From NCBI GenBank assembly GCA_963825995.1, contig CAWGVH010000004.1, forward strand, positions 115,242 through 179,241: 64,000 bases of DNA. The letters are read 5' to 3'. Position 1 is the first letter of the stretch. The number at the start of each line of letters is the position of its first letter. The stretch comes from an uncultured Chloroflexia bacterium (GTDB lineage Bacteria > Chloroflexota > Limnocylindria > Limnocylindrales > CSP1-4). The notes under the pieces were generated by a model. The model was not told the origin of the DNA. It saw nothing but the letters and a program-made list of their open reading frames with translations, and did no database searches. A program made the position numbers and the translations under genes. This document shows positions 28,270-38,179 of the stretch, piece after piece.

Positions 28270-28722
28270 TCAGGCGTCCGGCGGGATGACACCCTTGCGC
28301 AGCATGAAGCAGCCGTAGAAGCGCCGTTCGCCGGTCTGGATGACGGCATAGGCGGTCCGTGCCAGATCGTAGAAGGCGAAGCGCTCGATGGGCATCAGGG
28401 GGCGGGGCCGACCCTCGGCGCGGTCGACCTCGACCTGGACCTCGGCCTGGACGGACGGGATGTCGTCTGGCGTGTCACCCACCTGCATGCGTCCCGCGAA
28501 GTCATCCACGAAGGTGTCCAGGGGCAGGACCGACAGGATGGCCTGCACGGCCTCCGCAGCGGTCAGGTTCTCCATGCGCAGGAGGGTGCCCGTGACCGTG
28601 GCCCTGGCAATGGCATCGGCGGGGAAGTTCGTGTCCGACACGATGAGCATGTCCCCGTGGCCCATGGCCCGCAGACAGCCGAGCACCTCTGCATTCAGCC
28701 GATGGTCGATCCCCTTGAGCAT
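28270..28722 (-). CDS. RbsD/FucU-family sugar mutarotase
   Basis: ATG at 28722 with a GGGGAGGA RBS. MLKGIDHRLNAEVLGCLRAMGHGDMLIVSDTNFP is the FucU/RbsD signature region. Confidence 0.85.
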   Translation of the reverse strand: MLKGIDHRLNAEVLGCLRAMGHGDMLIVSDTNFPADAIARATVTGTLLRMENLTAAEAVQAILSVLPLDTFVDDFAGRMQVGDTPDDIPSVQAEVQVEVDRAEGRPRPLMPIERFAFYDLARTAYAVIQTGERRFYGCFMLRKGVIPPDA

Positions 28723-28964
28723 GTCGTCCTCCCCTTGATGGTGTCTCACTCGCCCATGCCTTCTGATAGGTCGATGGTGCCACGAGCAACGGCCGCCGTC
28801 CGGCCGATCAGGAAGTCGGACGCGTCCATTCGGAGTCCTCGATACGGCGGTGGAATTGGCAAGACTCGGCACCTTGACAGCATTACTCTTGCGTGACCAT
28901 GCTGCCTGTCATCCAGCATCAGGGCTGGGATGGGCGGTGTCTTTGCCACGGAGGAGGAACGGTC

Positions 28965-30659
28965 ATGAAGGTCGAGCTCTACGAGGCGACGATGCGAACG
29001 GGGGGGCCCCGGCGGAGGCTGCTGCCGCGGGCGGCAGCCATCGGCGCAGCGGCGGCGCTGCTGATCGGCGTCCTGCCGGCCTACGCCCAGGACGCCCAAG
29101 CGATCTCGCCGGAGGAGGCCGCGCTGCGCGCTGAGATCCTGCAGATCCCGGGTGTTGGCATGGGCAGCCCGACCGACGCCGACTGGCAGAAAGTCGGCGA
29201 GATGACCCTTGGCCCCACCAAGGCCAACATCGCCGAGGGCGAGTGCTCCGGCGTCAATCTGAAGTTCATCGGCCTCAACAACCAGAACCTGCACAACTTC
29301 CTCTTCCGCGGCTTCCTCAAGCCGTGGGAGGACTACACCGGGGCCAGCATCGAGTGGCAGGACCTGGCGCAGGCTGACTACAACGGCTACATCCAGCAGG
29401 CCAAGGCGACCGGCACGGTCGACTGGGACATCATGGAGATGGGCGCCCCCTTCGAGGGTGACTGGGCCGGCGGCGGCCAGCTCGATCCCATGCCCGACTG
29501 GGTGGCCACGCAGATCGACATGGCCGACTACGTGGACTACCTCAAGCCGCCCATCGGCACCTGGAACGGCGACACGTACCGTATCTCCATCGATGGTGAC
29601 ACCCATACCCTGGCATACCGCACCGACTACTACGACAACGCGGACTTCGCGGCGGCGTGGGCCGATTCCGAGTTCAACACCGACGGGATCGAGTGGGCTC
29701 CGCCGAAGACCTGGGAGCAGGTCAACGCGCAATCGAAGTTCCTGGCCGGCAAGACGGATCCACTCACCGGTCTCGACGCCTACGGCATCGTCGACCCCCT
29801 GAAGTACCTGTGGGGTGGCTTCGGCTTCTACTTCTTGGCCGACCGCGCTGCGCCCTACGTCAAGGTCCCAGGCAACCCGGCGTGGCTGTTCGATCCCGAG
29901 ACGATGAAGCCACTCGTCAACAACGAGGGCTGGGTGCAGGCCATCCAGGACGTCATCGACCTGATCAACACGCCTGACGCCTACCCGCCTGACCAGATCA
30001 ACTCCGACCCCAACGCCACCGCTTTCCAGCAGTTCCTCGCCGGCACCGGCTCGCAGGTCATGTGGTGGGGCGACGTGGGCTCGAACGCCCGCACGTCCGA
30101 CACTTCCGTCGTCGGCGACGTAGTCGGCTTCGACATCAACCCAGGCACCACCCGCTACTACGACTGGCAGGCCGGAGCCTGGGTGGAGCAAGCCAACGAA
30201 TCGCCCATGAACGCCTACATCGGCTGGGGCATCTACGTCACCAAGAACGCGGCGCAGGACGAGCTGAAGCGCAAGTGCGCTTGGTCGGCCGCCGCGCATC
30301 TGGGCGGCAAGGACCTCTCGCTCTGGACGTCAGCCTATCCGTCAGGCTTCCAGCCCTATCGGAACTCGCACTTCAACTACGACGAGTGGGTGGCCGCCGG
30401 TTACGACCAGGCCTTCATCGAGGACTACCTCTCGTCGAACGCCGACAGCTACAACCACCCGAACGCGGCCAACGAGCCGCGCATCCCGGGCATCTTCCAG
30501 TACTACTCACGAGCGGAGGACGAGCTCGTCAAGGGCCTCGGCTCCGGCGCCAGCGCGCAGGACATCGCCGATGCCATCGCCGCCGGCTGGGAGGAGATCA
30601 CCGACCAGATCGGCCGCGATAGCCAGATCGAGCTCTATAAGGCCTCTCTGGGCCTGTAG
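28965..30659 (+). CDS. ABC transporter extracellular solute-binding protein (large, CUT1 type) with a twin-arginine-like signal
   Basis: ATG at 28965 with a GGAGGAGG RBS. GPRRRLLPRAAAIGAAAALLIGVLPAYAQ. Confidence 0.85.
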   Translation: MKVELYEATMRTGGPRRRLLPRAAAIGAAAALLIGVLPAYAQDAQAISPEEAALRAEILQIPGVGMGSPTDADWQKVGEMTLGPTKANIAEGECSGVNLKFIGLNNQNLHNFLFRGFLKPWEDYTGASIEWQDLAQADYNGYIQQAKATGTVDWDIMEMGAPFEGDWAGGGQLDPMPDWVATQIDMADYVDYLKPPIGTWNGDTYRISIDGDTHTLAYRTDYYDNADFAAAWADSEFNTDGIEWAPPKTWEQVNAQSKFLAGKTDPLTGLDAYGIVDPLKYLWGGFGFYFLADRAAPYVKVPGNPAWLFDPETMKPLVNNEGWVQAIQDVIDLINTPDAYPPDQINSDPNATAFQQFLAGTGSQVMWWGDVGSNARTSDTSVVGDVVGFDINPGTTRYYDWQAGAWVEQANESPMNAYIGWGIYVTKNAAQDELKRKCAWSAAAHLGGKDLSLWTSAYPSGFQPYRNSHFNYDEWVAAGYDQAFIEDYLSSNADSYNHPNAANEPRIPGIFQYYSRAEDELVKGLGSGASAQDIADAIAAGWEEITDQIGRDSQIELYKASLGL

Positions 30660-30668
30660 ATGAACGGG

Positions 30669-30734
30669 GGGGCGTGGCGTACGACCGCGCCCCTTCGACC
30701 ACCCACCCTGGGGTGCGTGCCAGCCGCGCACCCC
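30669..30734 (+). promoter_or_regulatory. Two intercistronic GC-rich stem-loops downstream of the SBP gene
   Basis: GGGGCGTGG/CCGCGCCCC at 30669-30693 and GGGGTGCG/CGCACCCC at 30710-30734. Confidence 0.45.
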
Positions 30735-30787
30735 ATCCGATTCCATGGGCGGGCCGAGGGGCCCCCCGACACGCACGGGACGCAGGA

Positions 30788-31892
30788 TTGAGCGGCGCCA
30801 ACCTCATTCACATCGTTCAGCCGGACGACATCACCCACTCGCGCAAGCGGATCGGCCGCATCCTGATCCGAGGCTCCTTCGCGCTCCTGCTCGTCGTCCT
30901 CGCCCTGCAGGTGCTCGATGTCCTGGGCATCATCGACATCGGCTTGCGGAACTGGCAGCCGACGTTGCTCGCCTGGATCGCCTGGTGCGTCTGCCTTTGT
31001 GTCGGCCAGGTGCTCATCCGCGGCGAGCAGGGCAAGCGCATCCTCTTCGTCCTGCCGGCCGCCCTCTTCGTGGTCTCGCTGACCATCATCCCGCTGCTGC
31101 TCGGGATCGCCATCGCCTTCTCTGACTGGAACCTCTCGTCGCCGACAGGCCCCAAGTTCGCCGGCCTGAGCAACATCGAGCGGATGCTGAGCGATCCGTT
31201 CTACTGGAACGCGCTCACCAACATGCTGTGGTACCTGCTGGGGGTGCTCGTCGAGTACGTCATCGCCTTCGGGCTGGCGCTGCTGCTGAGCATGCAGATC
31301 CGCGCTCGGCGCTTCTTCCGTGTGGCCTTCCTGTTGCCGCTCATGCTCTCGCCCGTGGCGGTGTCGTGGATGATCGGCAAGTCCATGCTGGAGTTCCGGT
31401 TCGGACCTGTGGCGCAGATCGCGCGCGCGCTCGGATGGAGCGACCCGGCGTTCTTCGCCAGCCCCGAGCTGGCGCGCGTCACGATGTCGGTGCTGGACGC
31501 CTGGATCTTCATCCCCTTCATGATGATCATGCTGCTTGGCAGGCCTGCAGGCCTTGCCGACCGAGGTCATCGAGGCCGCCCGCGTGGATGGCGCCTCCGC
31601 CTGGCAGACGCTGCGCAAGGTCATCTTCCCCTTGATGCTGCCGGTGTCGCTGACCGCCATCATCGTGCGCATCATCTTCAAGCTGAAGCTGGCCGACATC
31701 GTCATCAACATCACGGCCGGCGGCCCGGGTGGCGCCACGGACACGGTCACGAGCTTCATCTACCGCGAGTACCGCGACCGCTCCAACGTGGGCTACGGGA
31801 CGCTCCTGGCGATGTTCTATCTCATCGTCATCGTCATCGGCCTGACCGGGCTGATGCGTGGGCTTAGTCGCTGGATGAGGCCCTACTCGTGA
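30788..31892 (+). pseudogene. Sugar ABC transporter permease, reading frame broken near 31535
   Basis: ...DAWIFIPFMMIMLL lies in one frame. (L)AGLQALPTEVIEAARVDGASAWQTLRKVIFP (the EAA loop) continues in the +1 frame (track ORF 31536..31892). The TTG start at 30788 is tentative. Confidence 0.7.
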
Positions 31893-32833
31893 CGGCCGCG
31901 CAGGGGACTGCCAAGGGCCCGGCAGCGATCTTCCACGATGGCGAATCGGACCTCGCCTACAAGGCCAAGTGGTACACGAGCCGGGTGGTCATCTACGGGC
32001 TGCTCATCGGCTGGACCATCGTCTGCATCTTCCCCATCTACTGGACAATCACCACCAGCTTCAAGATGGCGCCGGACGTGATGCAGAGCCACCTCATCCC
32101 GTTCGTCGACTTCCAGCCGGCCTGGCTGGGCTGGCGCTCACTGGGCCTGTCGCCCGAGACCATCGGCGCCGCTAGCACCGTTCGCGACCAGTTCCTGACG
32201 CGCTTCGAGAACTCGGCCATCGTGTCCCTGTCGGCCTCAGGGTTGGCCGTCTTCCTCGGCACGCTCACCGGCTACGGCCTGTCGCGCTTCGGCTACCAGT
32301 TCGGCTATATGAAGAACTCCGACATCGGCTTCTTCTTCATCAGCCAGCTCATCCTGCCGCCGGTGGTCCTGGCGCTGCCCTTCCTCGTGCTCTACAAGGA
32401 GTTCGGGCTGCTGGACACCCACATCGGGCTCATCATGCTGTACGCGCTGACGGTACTGCCCATCGTCGTCTGGATCATGCGCGACCAGTTCATGACCATC
32501 CCGACGGAGCTGGACGAGGCCGCTATGGTCGACGGCAAGGGCGTCTGGGGCGCCTTCTTCAGCATCATCGTGCCCATCGCGCTGCCGGGCATGGTGGCGG
32601 CGTTCGTGCTGTCGCTCGTGCTCACGTGGAACGAGTACTTCTTCGCGGCGCTGCTGACGTCCACGCAGACCATCACCCTGCCCGTCATGGTCGCGAGCCA
32701 GACGGGCAGCCAGGGCATCTCCTGGTGGAGCATGGCGGCTATCTCGTTCGCGGCCATCCTGCCCCTCATCATCGTGGGCGTCCTGCTCGAACGCTTCATC
32801 GTGCGGGGCATGTCGGCCGGGGCCATCAAGTAG
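31889..32833 (+). CDS. Sugar ABC transporter permease
   Basis: GTGA overlap with the upstream gene. EAA loop IPTELDEAAMVDGKGVWGAFFSIIVP. Confidence 0.9.
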   Translation: MTAAQGTAKGPAAIFHDGESDLAYKAKWYTSRVVIYGLLIGWTIVCIFPIYWTITTSFKMAPDVMQSHLIPFVDFQPAWLGWRSLGLSPETIGAASTVRDQFLTRFENSAIVSLSASGLAVFLGTLTGYGLSRFGYQFGYMKNSDIGFFFISQLILPPVVLALPFLVLYKEFGLLDTHIGLIMLYALTVLPIVVWIMRDQFMTIPTELDEAAMVDGKGVWGAFFSIIVPIALPGMVAAFVLSLVLTWNEYFFAALLTSTQTITLPVMVASQTGSQGISWWSMAAISFAAILPLIIVGVLLERFIVRGMSAGAIK

Positions 32834-32893
32834 CGCTCAGCGCCCCGTGCCGCGGGCCGGGCGCGGCCGCGGCCCGGACCCCGAAGTGGAACG

Positions 32894-33439
32894 TCACTCC
32901 ATGTTCGTGTGGCGAGCCCGCATCGTCTCCGCTGTCTCACTGAGGGCCTCGCGCAACTCCAGGACGAGGACCTCGAAGACCAGGAACATGGCCCCCTCGA
33001 AGAGCGAGCCCATGGGCAGGACGGAGGTGCCACCGATGTCCCGGGCCATGGTCTGGGCCGGGATGACCAGGAGGTCATCGGCCATCTTCGCCGTCTCGCC
33101 CTCGGGTTCGGCGGTCACGACCAGCACTCGCGCCCCTGCCGAGCGCGCCACGCCGCAGAGTGCCGAGGCCGTGGGGAGCGCGCCGGGCCCGGCGGCGCAG
33201 AGGAACAGGTCACCCGGGCCCAGCGGGAAGGCCGTCATGTCGCCCTGCATGCAGACGTCGAGGCCCAGATGGTGGAGCCGCATCGCCAGCGCGCGCATCA
33301 TCAGCCCCTCGCGGCCGCAGCCGAAGAGCATGATGCGCCGCGAGTCGGCGATGGCACGTGCGGCCGCCTGCAGCTCTGCATCCTCCATCCGGGACGCGAC
33401 GTCCGCCAGCTCGGCGGCTGCCTCCTGGATCGTGCTCAC
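32894..33439 (-). CDS. SIS-domain protein, 6-phospho-3-hexuloisomerase (PHI/HxlB)-like
   Basis: RIMLFGCGREGLMMRALAMRLHHLG...LFLCAAGPGALPTASALCGVARSAGARVLVVT. The GTG start overlaps the kinase stop (GTGA). Confidence 0.8.
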   Translation of the reverse strand: MSTIQEAAAELADVASRMEDAELQAAARAIADSRRIMLFGCGREGLMMRALAMRLHHLGLDVCMQGDMTAFPLGPGDLFLCAAGPGALPTASALCGVARSAGARVLVVTAEPEGETAKMADDLLVIPAQTMARDIGGTSVLPMGSLFEGAMFLVFEVLVLELREALSETAETMRARHTNME

Positions 33440-34959
33440 GGCGTCTCTCCCAGTATTACCTGCTCCCCGGGTGGACGGTCCTCCCCGAGTCCGTGGCTGA
33501 TGTCCCTGGTCTGCTCATAGAGCGCCTTCCATAGCGGGTACTGCCGATCGTAGGCGGGCACCGGCGCCGGCCTCACGGTGCGCTCGACCGGGTTCCACTC
33601 CCCGATCTGGCCAGGGGTGGCCGCACCCACGGCGATGGCCGCCAGGAAGGCATCCCCGTAGCTCGCGCCGACCGTTCGCTGGCGCACGAGCTGCGGCACC
33701 TGCCCGCAAGTCCGAGGTGGCCTGCAGCCAGGGCGCGTTCTTCGTCCCGCCGCCGACGGCGTAGACCGCGCGCGGGTCGGCACCCGCCTGGCGATAGGTC
33801 TCCAGGACGTGGGCCGTGCCCGCCGCGATGCCTTCCAGGACAGCTCGGAACAGGTCGCCACGCGTGTGCGTCAGGTCGAGGCCGAAGAAAGCGCCCCGGG
33901 CCTGCGGGTCGTGGATGGGTGTCCGCTCGCCGGAGAAGTGGGGCAGGCAGAGCAGGCCCTTGGCGCCCTTCGGGCTGGCCTGCGCCTCCGCCACAAGCGC
34001 TCCGAAGTCGGCGTCCCGGGCCAGCTGGTCGCGGAACCAACGCGTCAGCGTGCCGGAGGTCGCGAGGCCCGCCATCGAGGCATGCGTCCCGGGGACGAGC
34101 CAGGGCGCATACCAGAGTCGGGGATCGCGGACCGGCCGGTCGGTGACCTGGATGATGAAGACCGTCGAGCCGTACATGAGCATCATCTCGCCCGGGGCCT
34201 GGACCCCGACGCTGACCGCCTCGGCGACCGCGTCGACGGTGCCCACGGTGACGGGCGTGCCCTCGGCCATTCCCGTCTCGGCGGCGGCGGCCGCGGTGAC
34301 GTGGCCGGCGATCTCGGCCGACCAGCAGCAGCCGCGGCAGGCGGCTCCAGGGGCACGATGTCGGGAGCCAGCTCGGCGGACCAGTCCAGCCGGTTCACGT
34401 CGTAGAGCGGCGAGAAGTTGGCGGCCGTGTAGTGGTCGATGACGTACTCCCCGGTCAGCTTCCAGACCAGGTAGCTGGTGGAGGTCAGGACCTTGGCAGT
34501 GCGCGCGTACAGGTCCGGAAGCGTCTCCTTGAGCCACAGGATCTTGGGACCGGCCGACTGCGAGGTCAGGGCGTTGCCGCAGGCCTCCATGATGGCTTCC
34601 TCGCCGACCCGTTCGTTGAGAGCGGCGATCTGGGCCCTGGCGCGAGTGTCGACCCCGTAGAGGACGGCGTTCATGAGGGGCTCGCCGCGGGCGTCCACGG
34701 GCAGCATGCAGGGGCCGATGGCGCTCGTGGCCACGGCGTCGATGGCCCGCGGGTCCAGGCCGGTGACCGCCAGGAGCTCGCGCGTGATGGCCACGAGGTC
34801 GCCCCACCAGTCCTCGCGGGGCCGGTGCTCTGCCCAGCCGGGCTGCGGCACGAGCATCTGGTGCGGCCGCGTGGCCGTGGCGACGACGTTGCCCTCAGCA
34901 TCGGCGATGACGCCCTTCGACTCGAAGGTCCCGATGTCGATGCCGAGGGTGTGGCTCAT
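33436..34959 (-). pseudogene. FGGY-family carbohydrate kinase, at least two frame breaks (~34335 and ~33710)
   Basis: MSHTLGIDIGTFESKGV...APDIVPLE lies in frame 1. SAEIAGHVT...GGGTKNAPWLQATSDL lies in frame 2. CGQVPQLVRQRTVGASYGDAFLAAIAVG lies in frame 3. Confidence 0.8.
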
Positions 34960-36043
34960 GGCGCCCGGACGAGGTCCAGGTCTGGTCCGATGCGGTCGAG
35001 TGCGGCGTCGAGGAGGCGCACCAGGTTCGCGATGTCCTCCGGGTCGACGACCTCCAACGCGGAATGCGAGTAGCGCACGGGCACGCCGACGTCCAGGCAG
35101 GCCACGCCCTGCGGACCCGTGAACTGGATGTAGCTGAGGTCCGTCAGCAGGCCGGTGTGCGCCGAGCGCTGCAAGCGGAGGCCCCGGTCCGCCGCGGCGG
35201 CGTCCATGAGCCGGACGAGCGCCGGGATGTGGGATGACGCCGTTGAGGGTGCCGCGTCCGTGGAACGAGAACATCGAGATGGCCGGACCAGCGCCCAGCT
35301 CGACGTCACCACGATCGGCGACCTCCGGCGTGTCGCAGGCGAGGAGCGTGTCGATGGAGATGCGCGATGTCCGGGCCCAGCGCCGTTGCCGCCGGCAGGA
35401 CCCCGCGCAAGTTGTGCTCCTCCTGGACCGACCAGACCAGGTGCAGCGTCGGCCCGGGCTTGCCCGACCGTGCTTCCGCCAGGGCGAGCAGCGCCGCGCA
35501 ACCCGCTCGGTCGTCGACCGACGTGCCGGCCATGCGGCCACCGGCCAGGTCGAGGGCACGGGGCTGGTAGACGACGGGCGTGCCGATGCGGACTCCAGCC
35601 GTCTCCGGCCTCCTCCTTCGAGGCGAAGCCGGCGTCCACGGCCAGCTTCTGGCGTAGGGCACGACCTGGTACTTCTCGTCCGGCGTGGTGGCGTGGTGGC
35701 TCTTGTTGGAGATGACGCCGGGCAGGTCGCCGTCCTCCGTGCAGAGCAGCACGGCCTGGGCCGGAAGTGCGCGTTCGGGGACGCCGCCCTGACGCTCCAG
35801 CCGGATGAGCCCTGAGGGCTCGATCTTGCGAACGATGAAGCCCAGCTGATCCATATGGGCGAAGATCATGACCGACGGCAGGGCCGGATCGCCCGGCAGC
35901 GTGGTGGAGAGGTTGCCCAGCCGGTCCGAGCGGTGGGCGAGCCCCAGGCGGTCGAGGTGCGCCGCGATGGCGTGGGCCACGCGCGCCTCGTATCCCGCCA
36001 GGCCGGGGATGAGCATCAGCTCCCGGAGCAGCTCACGGGTCAT
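34956..36043 (-). pseudogene. M42-family metallopeptidase (FrvX/SgcX-like), four frame breaks
   Basis: MIFAHMDQLGFIV and TSVDDRAGCAAL motifs. The continuation is spread over three frames, with junctions at ~35652, ~35608, ~35362 and ~35226. ATGA overlaps at both ends. Confidence 0.8.
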
Positions 36044-36853
36044 GCCCCACCCCGCGTCGCGCGCACGCGGTCCATGAAGTCCGTGGCGCGGTCCGGATCG
36101 ACCGGGGACCAGGTGTCGCCGCCGTACTTGAGGGCCGAGCCCACGATGACCCCATCGGCCACGGCCAGGACATCGGCCACGGTGTCGTGCTTGACCCCCG
36201 TGTTGGCCAGCACAGGCGTCGTCGGGCAGCACGCGCTTGACCGCCTCCAGGTCGCTCATGGCAGCGGGCTCGCCGGTGATGGCACCTGAGACGAGTACGG
36301 CGTCCGGGATCGAGGAGACGACCGCCGATCGAGCTCTGTCAGGCAGGCTGCGACGGTCGAGCGAATTGGCGAATTCCGCCGAGACGTTGTACAGCTTCAC
36401 GACCTCCCCTGCCCCGAGACGGCGGCCATAGCGCAGCGCCGCTCCGGCGTCCGGGTTCCAGGGGCCCATGTCGGAGGCGTACGTGCCGGTGAAGATCTCG
36501 CGCACGAAGCGCGCCCCGGTGACCGCGGCGAGGGCCATCGTCGAGCGTGGGTCCCACAGCACGTTCACGCCGAAGGGCACCGTGATCTCGTCCCGCAGTC
36601 GCCCGACGACGTAAGCCATCGTGGCCGTAGCAGCCACGTCTACCTGCAGCTCGTAGGGCCGGTCGTGCTCGTTCCCGAACATGACCGCATCGAAGCCCGC
36701 CGCCTGGAGGGCCCGGAGGTCGGTGCGGGCGTCGGTGATGATGCCCTCCACCCCGCGATCCGCGTCGTACAGCGGCGTGCCCGGCGTGGCGCCGACGTGC
36801 ACCATGGCGATGATGGGCTTGACGGCCCCGAACAGGTCGCTGTATCGCGTCAT
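36040..36853 (-). pseudogene. BtpA/SgcQ-family TIM-barrel protein, frame break near 36215
   Basis: KPIIAMVHVGATPGTPLYD...GFDAVMFGNEHDRPY lies in one frame up to VLPDD. PVLANTGVKHDTVADVLAVADGVIVGSALKYGG continues in another frame. Confidence 0.75.
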
Positions 36854-36910
36854 GGACCTTCCCCCAGTGGGTGTTTCGCGGTGCTGATGGACGCGCCTAT
36901 CGTACGGTCC

Positions 36911-37867
36911 TCAGCCGGCCGCGCGCACCTCGTCGACGATGGCGTGGCAGCGGGCCGGGTCAGGGAACGAGGACTGCGTCCCCGGGCGCAGCACCGACTC
37001 GGCCGCGATGGCACATCCCAGCCGCACGGCATCGACCTCGTCCCAGCCTGAGGCGAGCCCGAAGGCGAAAGCGCCGACGAAGGCATCACCCGCCCCGGTC
37101 GTGTCCACGGCCTCCACGCGCGGGGCCGGGATGACGCGCAGGTCACCGCCCTCGCCGACGAGCGCAGCGCCCCGCTCGCCGAGGGTCACGAGCAGCCGCG
37201 CGGCCAGACCCTCGGCGACCCGTGCCAGCGCAGCGGGATCCGACACGTCAGGCGGCAGGCCCGCGGCCCGCGCGATGATGGCGAACTCCGTCTCGTTGGG
37301 GACGATCCAGTCGCTGACGGCGGCCAGGTCCGGGTCGATGGCGGCCCCGGGTGCTGGGTTCAGGATCGTCGTCGCCCCGCGCTCGCGCGCCGCCCTGAAG
37401 GCGGCGGTGGTGACGGCCTGCCCGATCTCGAACTGCGCGATGACAGCCTCGACGTGCTCCTGGGCCAGCACCGCCGCGGCGGCCTGTTCGGGCAGGAGGC
37501 CGTCGTTGGCACCGGGCACGACGATGATGCGATTGCTGCCGTCGGGCTCGACCCAGATGGGCGCCACACCACTCGAACCGGGGAAACGAAGGACGTGCTC
37601 GGTATCGATGCCGTAGCGGGCGAAGTTCGCCAGGGTCTGCTCGCCGTAGCTGTCCTCGCCGACCCCGTTCACCATGGCCACCCGGGCGCCCATGAGGCGC
37701 GCCATGACCGCCTGGTTGGCGCCCTTGCCGCCAAAGCCCTGCGCGAAGCGGTCGCCGATGACGGTCTCACCCCGCTCCGGCATGCGGGCGGCGTAGGCGA
37801 TCTGGTCGATCATCGTGCTGCCCACCACGGTCAACCAGGGACCGGACCCACCCGTCTGCGTACCCAT
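36911..37867 (-). CDS. rbsK: Ribokinase (PfkB family)
   Basis: VVGSTMIDQIAY...GFGGKGANQAV...VDTTGAGDAFVGAFA are ribokinase signature motifs. Confidence 0.85.
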   Translation of the reverse strand: MGTQTGGSGPWLTVVGSTMIDQIAYAARMPERGETVIGDRFAQGFGGKGANQAVMARLMGARVAMVNGVGEDSYGEQTLANFARYGIDTEHVLRFPGSSGVAPIWVEPDGSNRIIVVPGANDGLLPEQAAAAVLAQEHVEAVIAQFEIGQAVTTAAFRAARERGATTILNPAPGAAIDPDLAAVSDWIVPNETEFAIIARAAGLPPDVSDPAALARVAEGLAARLLVTLGERGAALVGEGGDLRVIPAPRVEAVDTTGAGDAFVGAFAFGLASGWDEVDAVRLGCAIAAESVLRPGTQSSFPDPARCHAIVDEVRAAG

Positions 37868-37878
37868 CCGTTACTCCT

Positions 37879-37906
37879 CTGACTATGGTCAGTGACCATG
37901 GTATCA
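37879..37906. promoter_or_regulatory. Repeated/palindromic motif CTGACTATGGTCAG-TGACCATGGTAT upstream of the Phd-VapC pair (candidate antitoxin operator)
   Basis: A near-palindrome (12/14) plus a related second copy in a locally lower-GC 46-nt divergent intergenic region. Confidence 0.4.
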
Positions 37907-37913
37907 TTCGCGT

Positions 37914-38150
37914 GTGGACACGATCGCGGTCTCGAAGTTCAAGGCTACCTGCCTGGAGCGGTTGGAGCGAGTGCGCCAGACCGGCCGTCCGTTGCTCGTG
38001 ACCAAACGTGGCGTGCCCATTGCCCAGATCCTGCCGCCACCTGCTCCGCAACCCCCTCGAAGTGGGTTCGGCGTCATGGCCGGTACGGTGACAGAGGTCG
38101 GGGACATCGTCGCCCCGATCGATGAGATCGACTGGGAGGCCCTGCGCTGA
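37914..38150 (+). CDS. Type II antitoxin, Phd/YefM family
   Basis: GTG start. IAVSKFKATCLERLERVRQTGRPLLVTKRGVPIAQILP is typical of Phd/YefM. Confidence 0.8.
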   Translation: MDTIAVSKFKATCLERLERVRQTGRPLLVTKRGVPIAQILPPPAPQPPRSGFGVMAGTVTEVGDIVAPIDEIDWEALR

Positions 38151-38179
38151 CGGCTGAGCGTCCCGATCCGCCGTACCTC

